A stretch of DNA of 64,000 bases from Neoechinorhynchus agilis. Lineage: Eukaryota; Animalia; Acanthocephala. The first letter of the stretch is position 1, and each line of letters begins with the position of its first letter. A program made the translations under genes and the position numbers. The notes below the pieces were generated by a model. It saw only the letters and a program-made list of their open reading frames with translations, was not told where the DNA came from and ran no database searches. Below are positions 15,664-27,575 of this stretch, in pieces. The DNA is taken from positions 13,246,784 through 13,310,783 of the forward strand of contig CM121341.1 of NCBI GenBank assembly GCA_051530055.1, read 5' to 3'.

Positions 15664-16002
15664 TCCAACGGATTTCAATACCTACTAACCATGGTCGACC
15701 GACACACGGGGTGGCCCGAAGCCGTTCCAGTGAGCGACATAACTGCAGAGACCTGCGCAAAGGCATTCCTCAGCGCCTGTGTTGCTCGGTTCGGCGTACC
15801 GAGTCATATTACCTCCGACAGAATAAACCAATTCACCTCCGGTATCTGGACGCACCTTGGCGACGCCCTCGGAGTAGACGTCCACCGTACGACCGCCTAC
15901 CACCCGCAAGCCAACGGCATGGTGGAACGTTTCCACCGGCAGCTCAAATCCTCACTCACGGCTCGCCTCTCATCATCGGCGTGGGAAATGACGTGGTATT
16001 AA
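15664..16002 (+). mobile_element. Ty3/gypsy LTR-retrotransposon integrase core fragment (rve domain)
   Basis: NGFQYLLTMVD-RHTGWPEAVP...ITSD-x35-ERFHRQLK: D,D(35)E triad with exactly 35 residues between the second D and E; YHPQANGMVER motif. GC-rich relative to flanks. No LTR, gag or RT nearby. Confidence 0.9.
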
Positions 16003-16170
16003 GTGCTGATTTTTTCATTAAGACTAATCCGAGGTAGTTTTCTTGATTTGTTTTTTCGTTTGTTTCACTATAGGACTAGAACTGGGTTTTCCGAACTTTA
16101 GTATACCCCCATCACGTGGGAAGAATAAACGGAAATCGCGATAAAACCCATTTAAAAAACTCTTTTATTA

Positions 16171-16851
16171 TCAATTAAATTTTCCAAGTATCATTCCGGT
16201 AAATATTGCGCACAGTAATAATAATAACACTATTACAATCAACATTGTAATTATAATACATCGGTATTCTTCTAGTTCTGCTACAGCGTTCTTTGTTGTC
16301 AACGTCTTATGCTGCGTGATTTTCCTTAAATTAGGTTCAATTAATTTGCTATTAGCCTGGCATGTGCTAGTATCGTCAGTATCTAGTTCCATTATTGGAG
16401 TTTCGCCCTGTTCTTTTTTCTTCAAAACGGGAGCAATCATTATTTCGCCTTTGTCCTCTTGCATAACATCCTCAACGATTTTTGCCCATCGTTCTCGTAA
16501 ATCCTGCCAGGCATTCTTGTTCTTGGGGTATTTGCAAGAAATTCCATTTTCAGTTACATTATTATCCAGATCAGAATGAATTACAGAAACATCCATTTGA
16601 TTAATGCAATCCATTGAACATTTCTCGTTACCATTTAAACGGCCGTTTTCCTTGTCTTTGCTTTCCGAACTCCGGATGCATTTAGTGAAATAGCTCAATA
16701 TTCGTCGGAAACTTCTTGTCTTCGAATTTTCATCTTGCTTAATTGTACGTTGTTTAGACTTACTTCTTTGCCTCATACAAAATAATTTCCACGTCACTAA
16801 ATGAAAACGAGTGGAGCAAAACGTAGTTGAATTTCTATACTTACTTTTCAT
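16171..16851 (-). CDS. Hypothetical 226-aa protein with a single C-terminal hydrophobic helix (tail-anchor-like)
   Basis: Long ORF for AT-rich DNA; charged body, then IIITMLIVIVLLLLLCAIFTGMILG. No family recognised. Confidence 0.5.
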   Translation of the reverse strand: MKSKYRNSTTFCSTRFHLVTWKLFCMRQRSKSKQRTIKQDENSKTRSFRRILSYFTKCIRSSESKDKENGRLNGNEKCSMDCINQMDVSVIHSDLDNNVTENGISCKYPKNKNAWQDLRERWAKIVEDVMQEDKGEIMIAPVLKKKEQGETPIMELDTDDTSTCQANSKLIEPNLRKITQHKTLTTKNAVAELEEYRCIIITMLIVIVLLLLLCAIFTGMILGKFN

Positions 16852-17481
16852 TTTACTATTAACGCCACTTTATTACTAACTAAAACGTTTTAGGATGCCA
16901 AGTTGCCATAGCGATGCAAAAAAAATCCTGAATTCTGATTGGATAGATTTTAAGATTATCGTTGTTCCTCTTTTGGCAAAAGAATATTAACTTGATGGTC
17001 TTGTGCTCTAACTTAACGATATCATCGAACGTTTAGAATCCTTCGATATTATTTAACCTTTAAAATTCGAAACGAAATTCATTGGTGCTAATTTTTGTGT
17101 AGGGCGAAGTTTGCTGATCTTTTAAAACGGAATACACTCAAATTTGGTAGGACAAAAACAATCGCGTCCCGATTGGAAAAGGCGACAAAATTAAGGTTCA
17201 GTAATGTTCCTTTTTATCAATCAGGCCGTTGATACAATAATTTGATCACGATTCTATCCATAGGACACATTTGTTTTTCTCAGTGTTCTTCTATTATCCG
17301 ACAAAATAGGTTCGATTCCACTTTGAGAACTATCGCGGCCACATCTCCTTATTGCGATGCGTTCCTCGGATCAGAAAACGCTCACGGTTTCGATTTACGA
17401 GCTGCTTCAACGTACAAAACGTATATATTAGAAAACTTGCGAGCAAAACTAAAGTATATTGATCGATATTCAAATTAAATT

Positions 17482-18145
17482 TCAATGACAGCTCTCATTA
17501 CAGTCCATCAAGCTTGTACGTCTCCAGCCGAACAACCAGTGTCCAAGAACTGATCCGAGTACAACAGCCAAAAAGAGGTAAGTGTTAAATGTCATCGCTA
17601 TGAGCATAAGCATGAACCCAGTGGCTATTTGGACCAGGTGAAGGAGCGTTTGAATGGTGTGACCGACTGAAAAAATTCTTCGGGCCATTGGTGGACGGGA
17701 ATGACCGATCACTCCTACCGGACACCCACAACTGTTTCCATTTGCAGATTGGACACAGCATTGTTGATCTGCTGGTTGTTCATCGGGTACTGCTGTGGGC
17801 AAATACCGGCTTTGGGTCAATCTTGAACACCCTTTCACAATTTGAATTTGAAGTAAATACTCTCTTAAGATCTTAATTCCTTCATACATAGCTGACAGTA
17901 TTGCGATTCCAATGCACGACCAGACCATTGCTATGAAACCATAGGAAAAAGGCTTCTTATTGATCGGTATCTGGCAAACCTGATGTAGATTTTATCCGCC
18001 ATCCGGTAAATAGAACAACTTCGTCCACTCCTCCATGAAAATACATCTTTGCTTTAAAATTTAGAAATTATCAATTGAATAATATCAAACAAACCTTCAT
18101 TGCGTGATGGTGGTCGTCACTTGTCATTCTGTGGCTTGAGTTCAT
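17482..18145 (-). CDS. SLC31A1: Ctr-family copper transporter, 3 exons (18145-18095, 18046-17980, 17930-17482)
   Basis: N-terminal His/Met motif DDHHHAMKMYFHGG, LFTGW, TM1 SAMYEGIK, MLIAM (MxxxM) and GSVLG; introns of 48 and 49 nt with GT-AG ends keep frame. Confidence 0.92.
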
Positions 18146-18930
18146 CTTCACTGTGGTGAAAATAGGAATTTCGTTTATGTTAATGCGACTCGTGAGTCAA
18201 ACGGTATTAGTCTTCCCACAAACGTCACCGTAGTCTTTCATTCAAAGATAGACAGACTCGTGGTCTATTTAATTAAACCAGTAGCCTTTTACAAAACAAC
18301 ATTCATCCAATTAGGCCGTGAGTTTAAAATAGAAATTCTTGAACTAGAGAAAGCGCCCCCTAAAACTGATTTAATTCTTTCAACTCACTAAACGACAACC
18401 TATTGCATCTCAGATTATACAATAGGATATATAATTTATTCTTCTAACCTTTAAAAAACAATTATTTTGCCTGAGAAGAGTCGGACTCTCCTCTGTAACC
18501 CAGCCTTCATTTCCTGTTCCTCTGTCAAATAGGTTAAAAAAACTCTGTTACGTGCCAGAAAACGATGAATTCACTTTTCCACTCCTCAAGACTTATGAGT
18601 AGGTTACGAATCATGTGAATTTTCAGCGTCATTGAATTCCAGAAATGGAGGAAATGTAACAACGTAGCCAATAATTATACAGCATTAGAAGCAATGAATG
18701 CTCATTGTTTACATTTTTACAGCGAAAGCATCGGCAAATGCAGAAATGTTTTTTATGACCTAAAAAATTGAAGTGGTTCATTGAATTCGATATTTCAGCA
18801 CACAAGTTTGTGCCCTTACAAGAAAAAGTACTTAAACGGCCTTAATAAGATTGTGTGCCTCAGAAATATCGAATTCAATAAATTACTTAAAATTTTCAAC
18901 AATACAAAAAGGGCACGAATAAATCAATCT

Positions 18931-19134
18931 TAAAACATAGTCAGAAATGTTTTTTTGCGGCCTAAAAGATTAAAGTAATTCAATGAATTCGATATTTCTG
19001 AGGCACACAATCTTATCAAGGCCGTTTAAGTGTTTTTTTATCGCAAAGGCATAAGATTGTGTGTCTCAGAAATATCGAATTCAATAAATTACTTTAATTT
19101 TTTCCGTCATAAAAACACTTCTGACTATGTTTTA
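18931..19134. mobile_element. MITE-like fold-back element (~200 bp), with a degenerate partial copy at ~18740-18900
   Basis: Perfect 15-bp terminal inverted repeats TAAAACATAGTCAGA (18931) / TCTGACTATGTTTTA (19134) including terminal TA; an inner ~45-bp inverted motif (AAGATTGTGTGCCTCAGAAATATCGAATTCAATAAATTACTT) extends the hairpin. Confidence 0.7.
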
Positions 19135-19479
19135 CGAATTAAGGTACCGTCAAAATCAATCTGCTCTCTATAAATCCGGATTTAAGTAGTGGCATAATAG
19201 TCGGAAACCGAAATCCTTGAGGTGCCCACGAAACAGCCAAAAGGCGCGTTTCCACAACGCAACCACGTCGTTTATGAAATGGATTGGCGCAGTTTTGTAT
19301 AGTCTGAAACAATCGGGCATGTCACTAATCGAAGTACCTGAGAGCGACATCTTAGAGTCCTCAAATTCATTGTGACACGAACTACGAGACCCACATGTCG
19401 GTCGTTTTACTTTTAGGAGAATATCCGAGTTTAAATTCGATTGAAACAAAGTGTTATACCGATTTTAACTCCCTTATAG

Positions 19480-20523
19480 ATGAAAATCTCAGTACTTAGA
19501 GAATCAGACGAACGTATATTTGTTGTGGATATGGCCGCAAATTCAACGGTTTCAATGTTGCGTTCATCGATTCATTTGTCTTTGTATGCCGACAAACAAA
19601 GTCCAGAAGGTATCATCATCAAACACAATGGACAAGAAATCAATGATCAATTGAACAGACTTCTGACCGATATTGGAATTGTGAATGACGATCTAGTGAT
19701 TGTATACTCTTAGATAATTAATCTCTTCTTAAATGAGATCAATTATTAGTAAGCTATAATAGACCTATGACCGACCAATTGCATATTGTAGGGAACCGTG
19801 CTCCGTCCGGGTTCGCTGATCTCGACGTTTCGGTTCAACGAGCGATCGAAAAACGGATAAGGTATTGCTTGGTTTTGATAAAAAATCAAACGTAAACGTC
19901 GATCGCATACTTTTTAAAGAGAAACCAACATTGCAAGGAACATGGAACTCGCATTTGAACATTTCCCAGAAACTTTTGCGTTAGTGACAATGCTCTTTAT
20001 TGACTGTAAAGTGAATAACCATGCGTTAAAGGCATTCGTGGATACAGGTTTGGTGACTTTGTAGTGAAACTGCTATTCCAATTAAACGTATAGGTGCTCA
20101 AATGACCATTATGAGCAAGTCTTGTGCTGAAAGATGCGGTCTTATGCACCTGGTCGATGAACGGTTTCGAGGATTAGCAATGGGAGTTGGATCCCAAGTT
20201 ATTGTCGGTCGAGTTCATATAGCGCAACTCGAGATAGCCAATGTGTTTGTCAATGCCACATTCAATATCTTATCTGAACAAGCCTTCGACGTGATTATAG
20301 GTCTTGATCTCCTAAAACGGCATCAGGTACGCGATATTGTGGTTTTATCGCCTGAACTAAATTCCTTGAACAGTGTTCAGTTGATCTCGAACAGAACTGC
20401 CTTTTCGTCAAAGTTGATCAGAAACGAGTGAGAGCCAACTTCTTACCAGAACGAGATTTGCCTGATGTCGCAAAACAAATGTTCAATTCGAATCAATCAG
20501 GCCGTCTACAAAACCGTCCATGA
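19480..20523 (+). CDS. DDI1: DDI1/DDI2-like protein (UBL domain + retroviral-type aspartyl protease), spliced, no UBA domain
   Basis: UBL-like exon 19480-19713; downstream exons give [33 protein letters not shown]|[26 protein letters not shown]...GLDLLKRHQ|CSVDL; stop TGA 20521-20523. The UBL-to-protease junction is unresolved. Confidence 0.9.
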
Positions 20524-21478
20524 TGCTGTGGAGCGCATGTGAATAAAGTAGAAACTTTGAGTGATATAAAGTACATTCGGAGATTTATAATGTTTGCAGA
20601 ATCTTTAATTTGCCAAATATTCAATCCTTTATGCAGAAAGTCTTGAACCTTTTTATTAACAATATTCATAAGACCGACCTAAACTTAGTTCGGATGGAAT
20701 CTGCAAGTGAAAAAACAAACTTATGAACCAAAGAATCATTTGTTAAGTGACTAAGAACTGTCGTTTTGAATCACGTAGAAAAAATATAAATGCAGAAAAT
20801 AGATCATTTCGATTCGATGAATGAATTAAAAAACCTTAATGCTCTGGTACGATTTTTTCAGATTTGTGAGTTTTGCAAAGTTTAAAATTCTGAAGTAAAC
20901 TGATGATGAATCCGACGAAGTTCGAAACGTCTTTAATAAATAATCATTTACCGGGTAAAGACCTAAATAACATTTTTGGTGAAAAAATAGGTTTGCTTAT
21001 ACTTTAATGCTGGAATGCAACTGTACATACCTTTGCCTCAGGGACTTTAATCGCTTTCAATCTTTGCCATCCTTGCCAATGTCTAGTTTATGACCCACTC
21101 AGTGTCTTGTCGAATTTAATGACTTTGGCTGATTTTAATGACCGTTAGACTCACATTTAAACTGAGGAATCGGTTCCAGAAACTGATCCCAATGCGCCAC
21201 TTTCATTCTCTTAAGCGTGCGCATTCGTTTTGCGATTTGCTCGTGTATGAAAGGACATCATGCCTGATCCACCAATTTTTATTTTCCCTTTACAAACGGA
21301 AACGTCTTAACTGCAAATACAAAAAAATCATGTTGTGATGTTTGCCAAACAATCAAGTTCTACGTTGTTTTGTACACAATGTTGAGCTCTAAACACACAA
21401 ATATGTATCGCTATCCGACCGATGTAATCCCATGTGCAGAAAAAGTTGATACGATTCAATTATTGTTCACGAAATTCA

Positions 21479-23130
21479 ATGTTGCTCTTATTTTTGATTA
21501 CAAATGCCATAAGTATCGGTGAGTATCTACTTTTTCTTCGATTGTACGTCAATTTCAATAATAGTTCCTGGACCATTGGCATGCTCGATAATGCGCCAAA
21601 TCGCCTACAAATTCAGTTTTAAACCACCGGAAATAACGGCGTCTGACCATACGATCCCGTTTTGGACGGACGACCAAAATGTTGAAGTACATCCTGACTT
21701 TATCCGCTTAGCTGGCCCCGAATTTCGTGCAACCGGACGAATTTGGTCTAATCGACTTTTTGAAGGAGAAAACTGGATGTTCGAGAGCAGATTTCGAATT
21801 TCCGGAATTATCAGTGGATACGGTATGGCTTTCTGGTTCACAAAAGCGCAATTAACGAGAGGAAGTGCTTTCGGCGCATCCAGTATCTTCGAAGGACTGT
21901 CCGTAGTGCTAGACACGTACAGTAAAACGTGGACGGATAAAACTGAGATGATTGGAATAGTTGTTAACAACGGTACGCATATTCCGTCAAATGGGGTATT
22001 TGAACTCGGTCATTTTGCTTCGGCAGCGATGGTTAAATTCAGCAATTCATTTAAACCATGCACATTGAGAGTGACTTACTTGGATCGGACACTGATTGTT
22101 GAGTTTAAATCGGATAGAAGTTCCGTATTCACTCCTTGCGCTCGAATTGAGGGCGTCGATTTGCCGCGAAAGGGGTATTTTGGTATCAGTGTTGGCTTGA
22201 AACGACATTCTAAAGAATCTTACGCCCTTTACTCATTTGTCGTTCATAAGTTGATCAAGTCCGAGAGGAAAGCAATAATCGATGATGATGACGATCAACG
22301 GCAACAAAATGCAGCGTACCATCTTCGGTCACTGCAATTGAACAATGAACTCGAGGCAAGAGCTGAAGATGTTGACAAAAATTTAGACAACTTGTTGTTT
22401 GCCAATATCCAATATTTGCTAGATCGATTAAACGACATTCAATGGCAAAATAGCGAGGAAAAAGCGATCGGAATTCAAGCGATGTGGGAAAAGATAATGG
22501 CATTGGCCTTAGAGCATAGTGAACTCGACAAAGAAGGCATTGCTAAAATGCAGAGTTTTTTTGAACGGATTTTAGAGAACGTATCTCCTGCCGATTTGCC
22601 GACAAATCTTGACTTTCTTTTTTCCCAATTGGGCAATGCTCTCCACGGGGAATCGGAAGATAAATTGGTACGCGCTCAGCACGATACGGACCGAATGTTC
22701 TTATTTTTGCAAAAGTTGAACAAAATTATAGATCGTTTGGATATGCTTGGGTTCGAAAGAGAAATGTATCGACAACAAGGAGCCAGGATGGCTAAACACA
22801 AGGAATTATTGGAGAAAGAGCAGGAAATGATTAAGAAAATGTAAGTACTGTGTATATAAAATCATTCGTCGATTCATATTGCTCGTTATATAGTCAGCAA
22901 AACCAATGGATCCTTTTGGAAGGCCTAAAGGAAATACAAGCGGTATTTTTCCTTTTCTAAATAACTCCTCCACTCATATAAGTATTTAGGAATATGAAGA
23001 TCTAAGTTACTTACGAACCTTTTTTTACTGGACACTCTTATTCGTTATAGTTTTCATCATTTACGAAGTTCTCAGTTCTTGTAACTACTTTCAGGATAGA
23101 TCAAGACAAATTGAAAAAAAGTACTGCTAG
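21479..23130 (+). CDS. LMAN1: ERGIC-53/VIP36-like L-type lectin cargo receptor, 4 exons
   Basis: Signal peptide MLLLFLITNAISI (exon 21479-21518, 46-nt intron); lectin domain YKFSFKPP..IPFW..GYGMAFWFT; coiled-coil region; last exon 22990-23130 encodes TM FFYWTLLFVIVFIIYEVL and a C-terminal dilysine KKYC-stop. Confidence 0.88.
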
Positions 23131-23745
23131 ATATTTAGATCCAAACGAACAAATACAATATTTATACTTCAGATTTTTTGTACACTTGAAATCCAATTTT
23201 TGCATCATTCTATTAACCGATTTTTACTTCAATGAAATCTTAACTCAATGATTTTCGCAGAATAATCTCCGTTGTCGGCCCACATCAATTTACATTGCAT
23301 TATTAAATACTATTTAAAGTTTAAATATCAATCATAGCATCTTCTGAAGTTTCGTTGCTACGTTATTATTTTGGTCGGTCCTCGATATCCGAGAGAGGGA
23401 TCGTATTAAAATCGAAAGTATATGTGTCTACTAATTGAAACAGTCATTTTTAATTAAAATCATAAAAAATGTGAACCCAACGTCATCACGAAATGATTGT
23501 TTGTTTGACTTCCCCTGGGTGCATTTAAGCCAAACGTTTGCTTTGTTCCATCGCATTGGCCATTACTTTAATATGTCGATGAAATTTTCTCAATGTTTCA
23601 CTGAGCTCATCATTGGTCCTTTTAAACCGCGTTATCAAATTAGACTTTATTTCCATGATTCATTTAAAATAAAACCATGACGAAATAAGGCGAGATAATC
23701 TGCTGATTCATTGGTAAAACTGAACTGACTCATGGGATCTACGGA

Positions 23746-23994
23746 ATGCACTGTGAACAGTGTGAGAAAGTCTATATCGGACAAATGATGCGACGCATTA
23801 AGAAGAGGGTCGCTCAACATAAGAAAGCTTGCAGTCGATTTGATCATTCCTTGGCTATTTTCAATCATCAAGAGACCTTTAAACGTAGCGCGAATTTTCG
23901 TGGCACCAATTTTATAGAAATAGAGCAAAACTTAAAAAGACGGCTTGTTTTGGAAGCAACACAATGGAGGGAAATGAAGCTAATTTTAGCTTGA
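23746..23994 (+). mobile_element. Penelope-like element remnant (GIY-YIG endonuclease fragment)
   Basis: CEQCEKVYIGQM-RR-KKR-AQH...SLAIFNH...RRLVLEA matches the PLE GIY-YIG layout, same as the intact example at 58.5-58.8 kb. Confidence 0.75.
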
Positions 23995-24106
23995 AACTTC
24001 CAGTCAGCGACGGGTTAAAAATCAATACTAAAATCATGAAATCCCCGAACTTGGAATTTGGCGATTCCGCGAACTCAACCATAAAACCATAAGGCGAAAA
24101 ACATAT

Positions 24107-24156
24107 TTTTAGATGATTGATGAGGCGAGGTTACTTCCTTCGAAATATCTCTAAAA
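24107..24156 (+). ncRNA. Degenerate minimal hammerhead-like motif 3' of the PLE remnant
   Basis: TTTTAGA..TTGATGA..GAGG(TTACTT)CCTT-CGAAA-T-ATC-TCTAAAA: 7-bp stem I, GAAATATC as in the 58.9 kb ribozyme, but core spacing and stem II are corrupted. Confidence 0.35.
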
Positions 24157-24232
24157 TAAAATATGCTATTTCCGGGAGTATTTTCACCAAAAGTTAACAT
24201 TGAATAACCCGAAGGATTTTCTTTGTCGATGA

Positions 24233-25800
24233 AAATTACTTATTTTATCACTCATCGTAAATTCTATTGCTTGTGAGTTTTCTATTATGTAAACATTCAC
24301 AAAACAATAGAATCGGTAATGAGCGATATACAATCAGTCGACTTTAACGATCCCTCTCGGATGTAGAGAACCTGCCAAAATAATAACTTTTAATATGTTT
24401 CATCTGGAATTTTGATAACCACAAATACAACTCTTAGATGTTCATGAAAGCTTTCTCGAGCTTACATATAGAAAACTTATAACCTTGAAAGAGGCACAAA
24501 CGAGTACCGAAATATCGAAATCAGTAAATTACTTATTGTATCACTCATCGTCAATTCTATTGCTTGTGAGTTTTCTAATATGTAAACATTCACAAAACAA
24601 TAGAATTGATAAATAGCGATATACAATCAGTCGACTTTAACGAACCCTCTCGGATGTAGAGGACCTACCAAAATAATAACTTTTAATATGTTTTATCTGG
24701 AATTTCGATAACCGCAAATACAACTCTAATTAGATGTTCATTGTAAATTTTTTCGAGCTTACATATAGAAAACCTACAACCTTGAAATAGGCACAAACGA
24801 GTGCCGAAATATCGAATTAAATAAATTATTAATTGTATCACTCATCGTCAATTCTATTGTTTGTGAGTTTTCTATTATGTAAACATTCACAAAACAATAG
24901 AATCGGCAATGAGCGATATACAATCAGTCGACTTTAACGATCCCTCTCGGATGTAGAGAACCTACCAAAATAATAAATTTTAATGTTTTATCCGGAATTT
25001 TGATAACCACAAATACAACTCTAAATAGATGTTCATGTAAGTTTCCTCGAGCTTACATATAGAAAACTTATAACCTTGAAAGAGGCACAAACGAGTACCG
25101 AAATATCGAAATCAGTAAATTACTTATTGTATCACTCATCGTCAATTCTATTGCTTGTGAGTTTTCTAATATGTAAACATTCACAAAACAATAGAATTGA
25201 TAAATAGCGATATACAATCAGTCGACTTTAACGAACCCTCTCGGATGTAGAGGACCTACCAAAATAATAACTTTTAATATGTTTTATCTGGAATTTTGAT
25301 AACCACAAATACAACTCTAATTAGATGTTCATTGTAAATTTTCTCGAGCTTACATATAGAAAACCTACAACCTTGAAAGAGGCACAAAAGAGTACCGAAA
25401 TATCGAATTAAATAAATTATTAATTGTATAACTCATCAAGAATTCTATTGTCTTTGAGTTTTCTAATATGTAAACATTCACAAAACAATAGAATTGATAA
25501 TGAGCGATATACAATCAGTCGACTTTAACGATCCCTCTCGGATGTAGAGAACCTACCAAAATAATGAATTTTAATGTTTTATCCGGAATTTTGATAACCA
25601 CAAATACAACTCTAAATAGATGTTCATGAAACTTTTCTCGAGCTTAAATATAGAATACTTACAACCCTGAAAGAGGCACAAACGAGTGCCGAAATATCGA
25701 ATTAAATAAATTATTAATTGTATCACTCATCGTCAATTCTGAGCGATATACAATCAGTCGACTTTAACGATCATTCTCGGATGTGGAGAACCTACCGAAG
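24233..25800. repeat. ~295-bp tandem array (5 full copies + partial), alternating A/B variants
   Basis: GCGATATACAATCAGTCG at 24323, 24616, 24913, 25207, 25504, 25743 (spacings 293, 297, 294, 297, 239). Confidence 0.95.
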
Positions 25801-26363
25801 TAATAAGATATCTAACCACCCGAATGCAATTTCTTTCTTACGACTACAGTACGTGAAGATTGTTATCGGAACAGAGAATGAAAACAACCAATTTTATACG
25901 GATTGTTCTTTGAAGATCAAGTACAACATTAGACGCATTTTTCCAATATGTTCGATTTCGTTTTTGAACAAACTCGCCAGTATTCGAGATCGTTTTCGTT
26001 AAAATTCTCAGAGTATCTTCTAATTCCAAGTATTTTATCCTTCTTTATCTCAATTTGTCTCTAAATCGTCAAATACTTTGATAGGATTACAGACAATTGT
26101 TTGTGGTCTTATTAAAGGATCGCCTTTTCGCACTGAACTTCTTAAAAATCATCGAATGTGAGGATGGTGGCGAGTACAAAGAAATGGCAATCGCCCTATA
26201 AATTCAGTGCATCAAAAAGTAAAACAGTAAAAATTAAGAATGTATTTTATACTCAAAGAAGCGGGAATAAAGCTTGATTTCATCACTGGACTACGTCGAA
26301 ATGATTAGAGAAAAACCACGAAGCACTCTCTAAATTTAATTATCGTGTTAAAATGCCTAATTA

Positions 26364-26630
26364 TCAGCTCTCGTCTTCCTTTTCGTCATGCGACTCTCGC
26401 TTTTTAAATTGAAATCCGATCAAAAGTCCCATCGCTGATCCAGTCACTAAGGCGGCACAAAGGCGAACTCGCATTTGATCGAGTTTTGCTCGGTAAGCAC
26501 TCGAATCCACTGCTGTTGGTACACTGTCCAATGTTTTATATATTCGGGTAAATACCAAAAGACGCCGTTGCGCTGGACTAAAGGACTTGCTGATAGTCGG
26601 AGTGCAAAACAGTCGTAATGAAGTTCGCAT
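26364..26630 (-). CDS. FAM162: FAM162 (DUF1075)-like small mitochondrial membrane protein, paralogue 1
   Basis: QRRLLVFTRIYKTLDSVPTAV..AKLDQMRVRLC then a hydrophobic segment; resembles FAM162A KILIWSGRFK..EIPETV..KNKMRVK; basic N-terminal presequence. Confidence 0.78.
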   Translation of the reverse strand: MRTSLRLFCTPTISKSFSPAQRRLLVFTRIYKTLDSVPTAVDSSAYRAKLDQMRVRLCAALVTGSAMGLLIGFQFKKRESHDEKEDES

Positions 26631-27308
26631 CGCTTCTGGTGTTTATAATGAAGAACTCGTCGAAATCCCCGTGTAACGTTGGCTTTCTATTATTATAGTA
26701 CGACAAAGTATTTACGATGGAGACGGTGTCATGAGGTTGTCAGAAGAACGTTTTTTGTTTCTGTTGTGGATCTATAACGGATTCTTCAAAAAATCCTATT
26801 TTTTGTTTAGTTTCATTCAACCAAATTAATGGGTGTTTAGAAGTTTACATTAGGTAAATGATTTTTGTTTAAAGACGTCTCGAACCTTGCGTCTATTAAT
26901 AACAAATATAGACCTAGACAATAATTCAGATCTATACAAGGATTTTCGAATAAAATTTGCAATAATTCTAGCCGCATTTTTTTACTGCTCATTTGATACG
27001 ATGCGAGTTTAATTTGAAATCCAGCACAAAAAGAGAAGATAAACCGATCGACGTTTTTTACTGTTCGGGTGCGTATTTGTCGAATGATTGCTTTTGTTTA
27101 CTGTTTTACTTTCTTTAATTTGAATGAGATACTAATGAATTAGTCATTGTTGAATTTTTGACATATTGCAATAGAAGAAATTGTTTGTGAGCATTTATGC
27201 TGAAATATAACTCAATTAAAGAACCGGAATTGAAAACGCTGCCAATTTAATGACTAACCAATATGCCAGTCGAGTTTATCTGATGCAATTCGCTACAATT
27301 AGTATATT

Positions 27309-27575
27309 CTATTCATCTCCGCAGTCCTCGCCATGATTTCCATGCTTATTGAGTTGGTGAAGAGCGAGCAAACCGACCGCAGCACTCGTTACTATGGATG
27401 AACATAGTCGAATACGCAGTTGATCCATGGATGATTTATAGACGGCTGGATTGACAATCGATGGGATGTTATCTGATGTTTTGAACACCCTCGAAGCAAC
27501 CAGGAGCCGACGCTGGGTCGGAGTGAACGTTTTGTTGACGACTGGAGTGCAGAGTTGTCTAAGTGAGAACCGCAT
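27309..27575 (-). CDS. FAM162: FAM162-like protein, paralogue 2
   Basis: 88 aa, colinear with paralogue 1 (MRFSLRQLCTP..QRRLLVASRVFKTSDNIPSIV..MDQLRIRLC). Confidence 0.78.
   Translation of the reverse strand: MRFSLRQLCTPVVNKTFTPTQRRLLVASRVFKTSDNIPSIVNPAVYKSSMDQLRIRLCSSIVTSAAVGLLALHQLNKHGNHGEDCGDE

Noticed and set aside
225-15766. Dozens of 60-100 aa ORFs (MRKTAT..., MPIDW...)
   Set aside because: Translations of the 196-bp satellite; the unit is not a multiple of 3, starts are mostly TTG/GTG and frames shift between copies.
19016-19030. GCCGTTTAA in the MITE matching stem II of the 338-bp hammerhead
   Set aside because: 9-nt match with no flanking similarity.
19168-19449. 93-aa minus-strand ORF divergent from DDI1
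   Set aside because: Non-ATG start, no recognisable motif; cannot be supported.
24324-24333. CGATATACAA shared by the 196-bp and 295-bp repeats (CGATGTATC in the 183-bp unit)
   Set aside because: A 10-mer is too short to distinguish from chance without statistics.
25718-26029. Short ORFs at the end of the 295-bp array
   Set aside because: Partly repeat-derived, non-ATG starts, no family signal.
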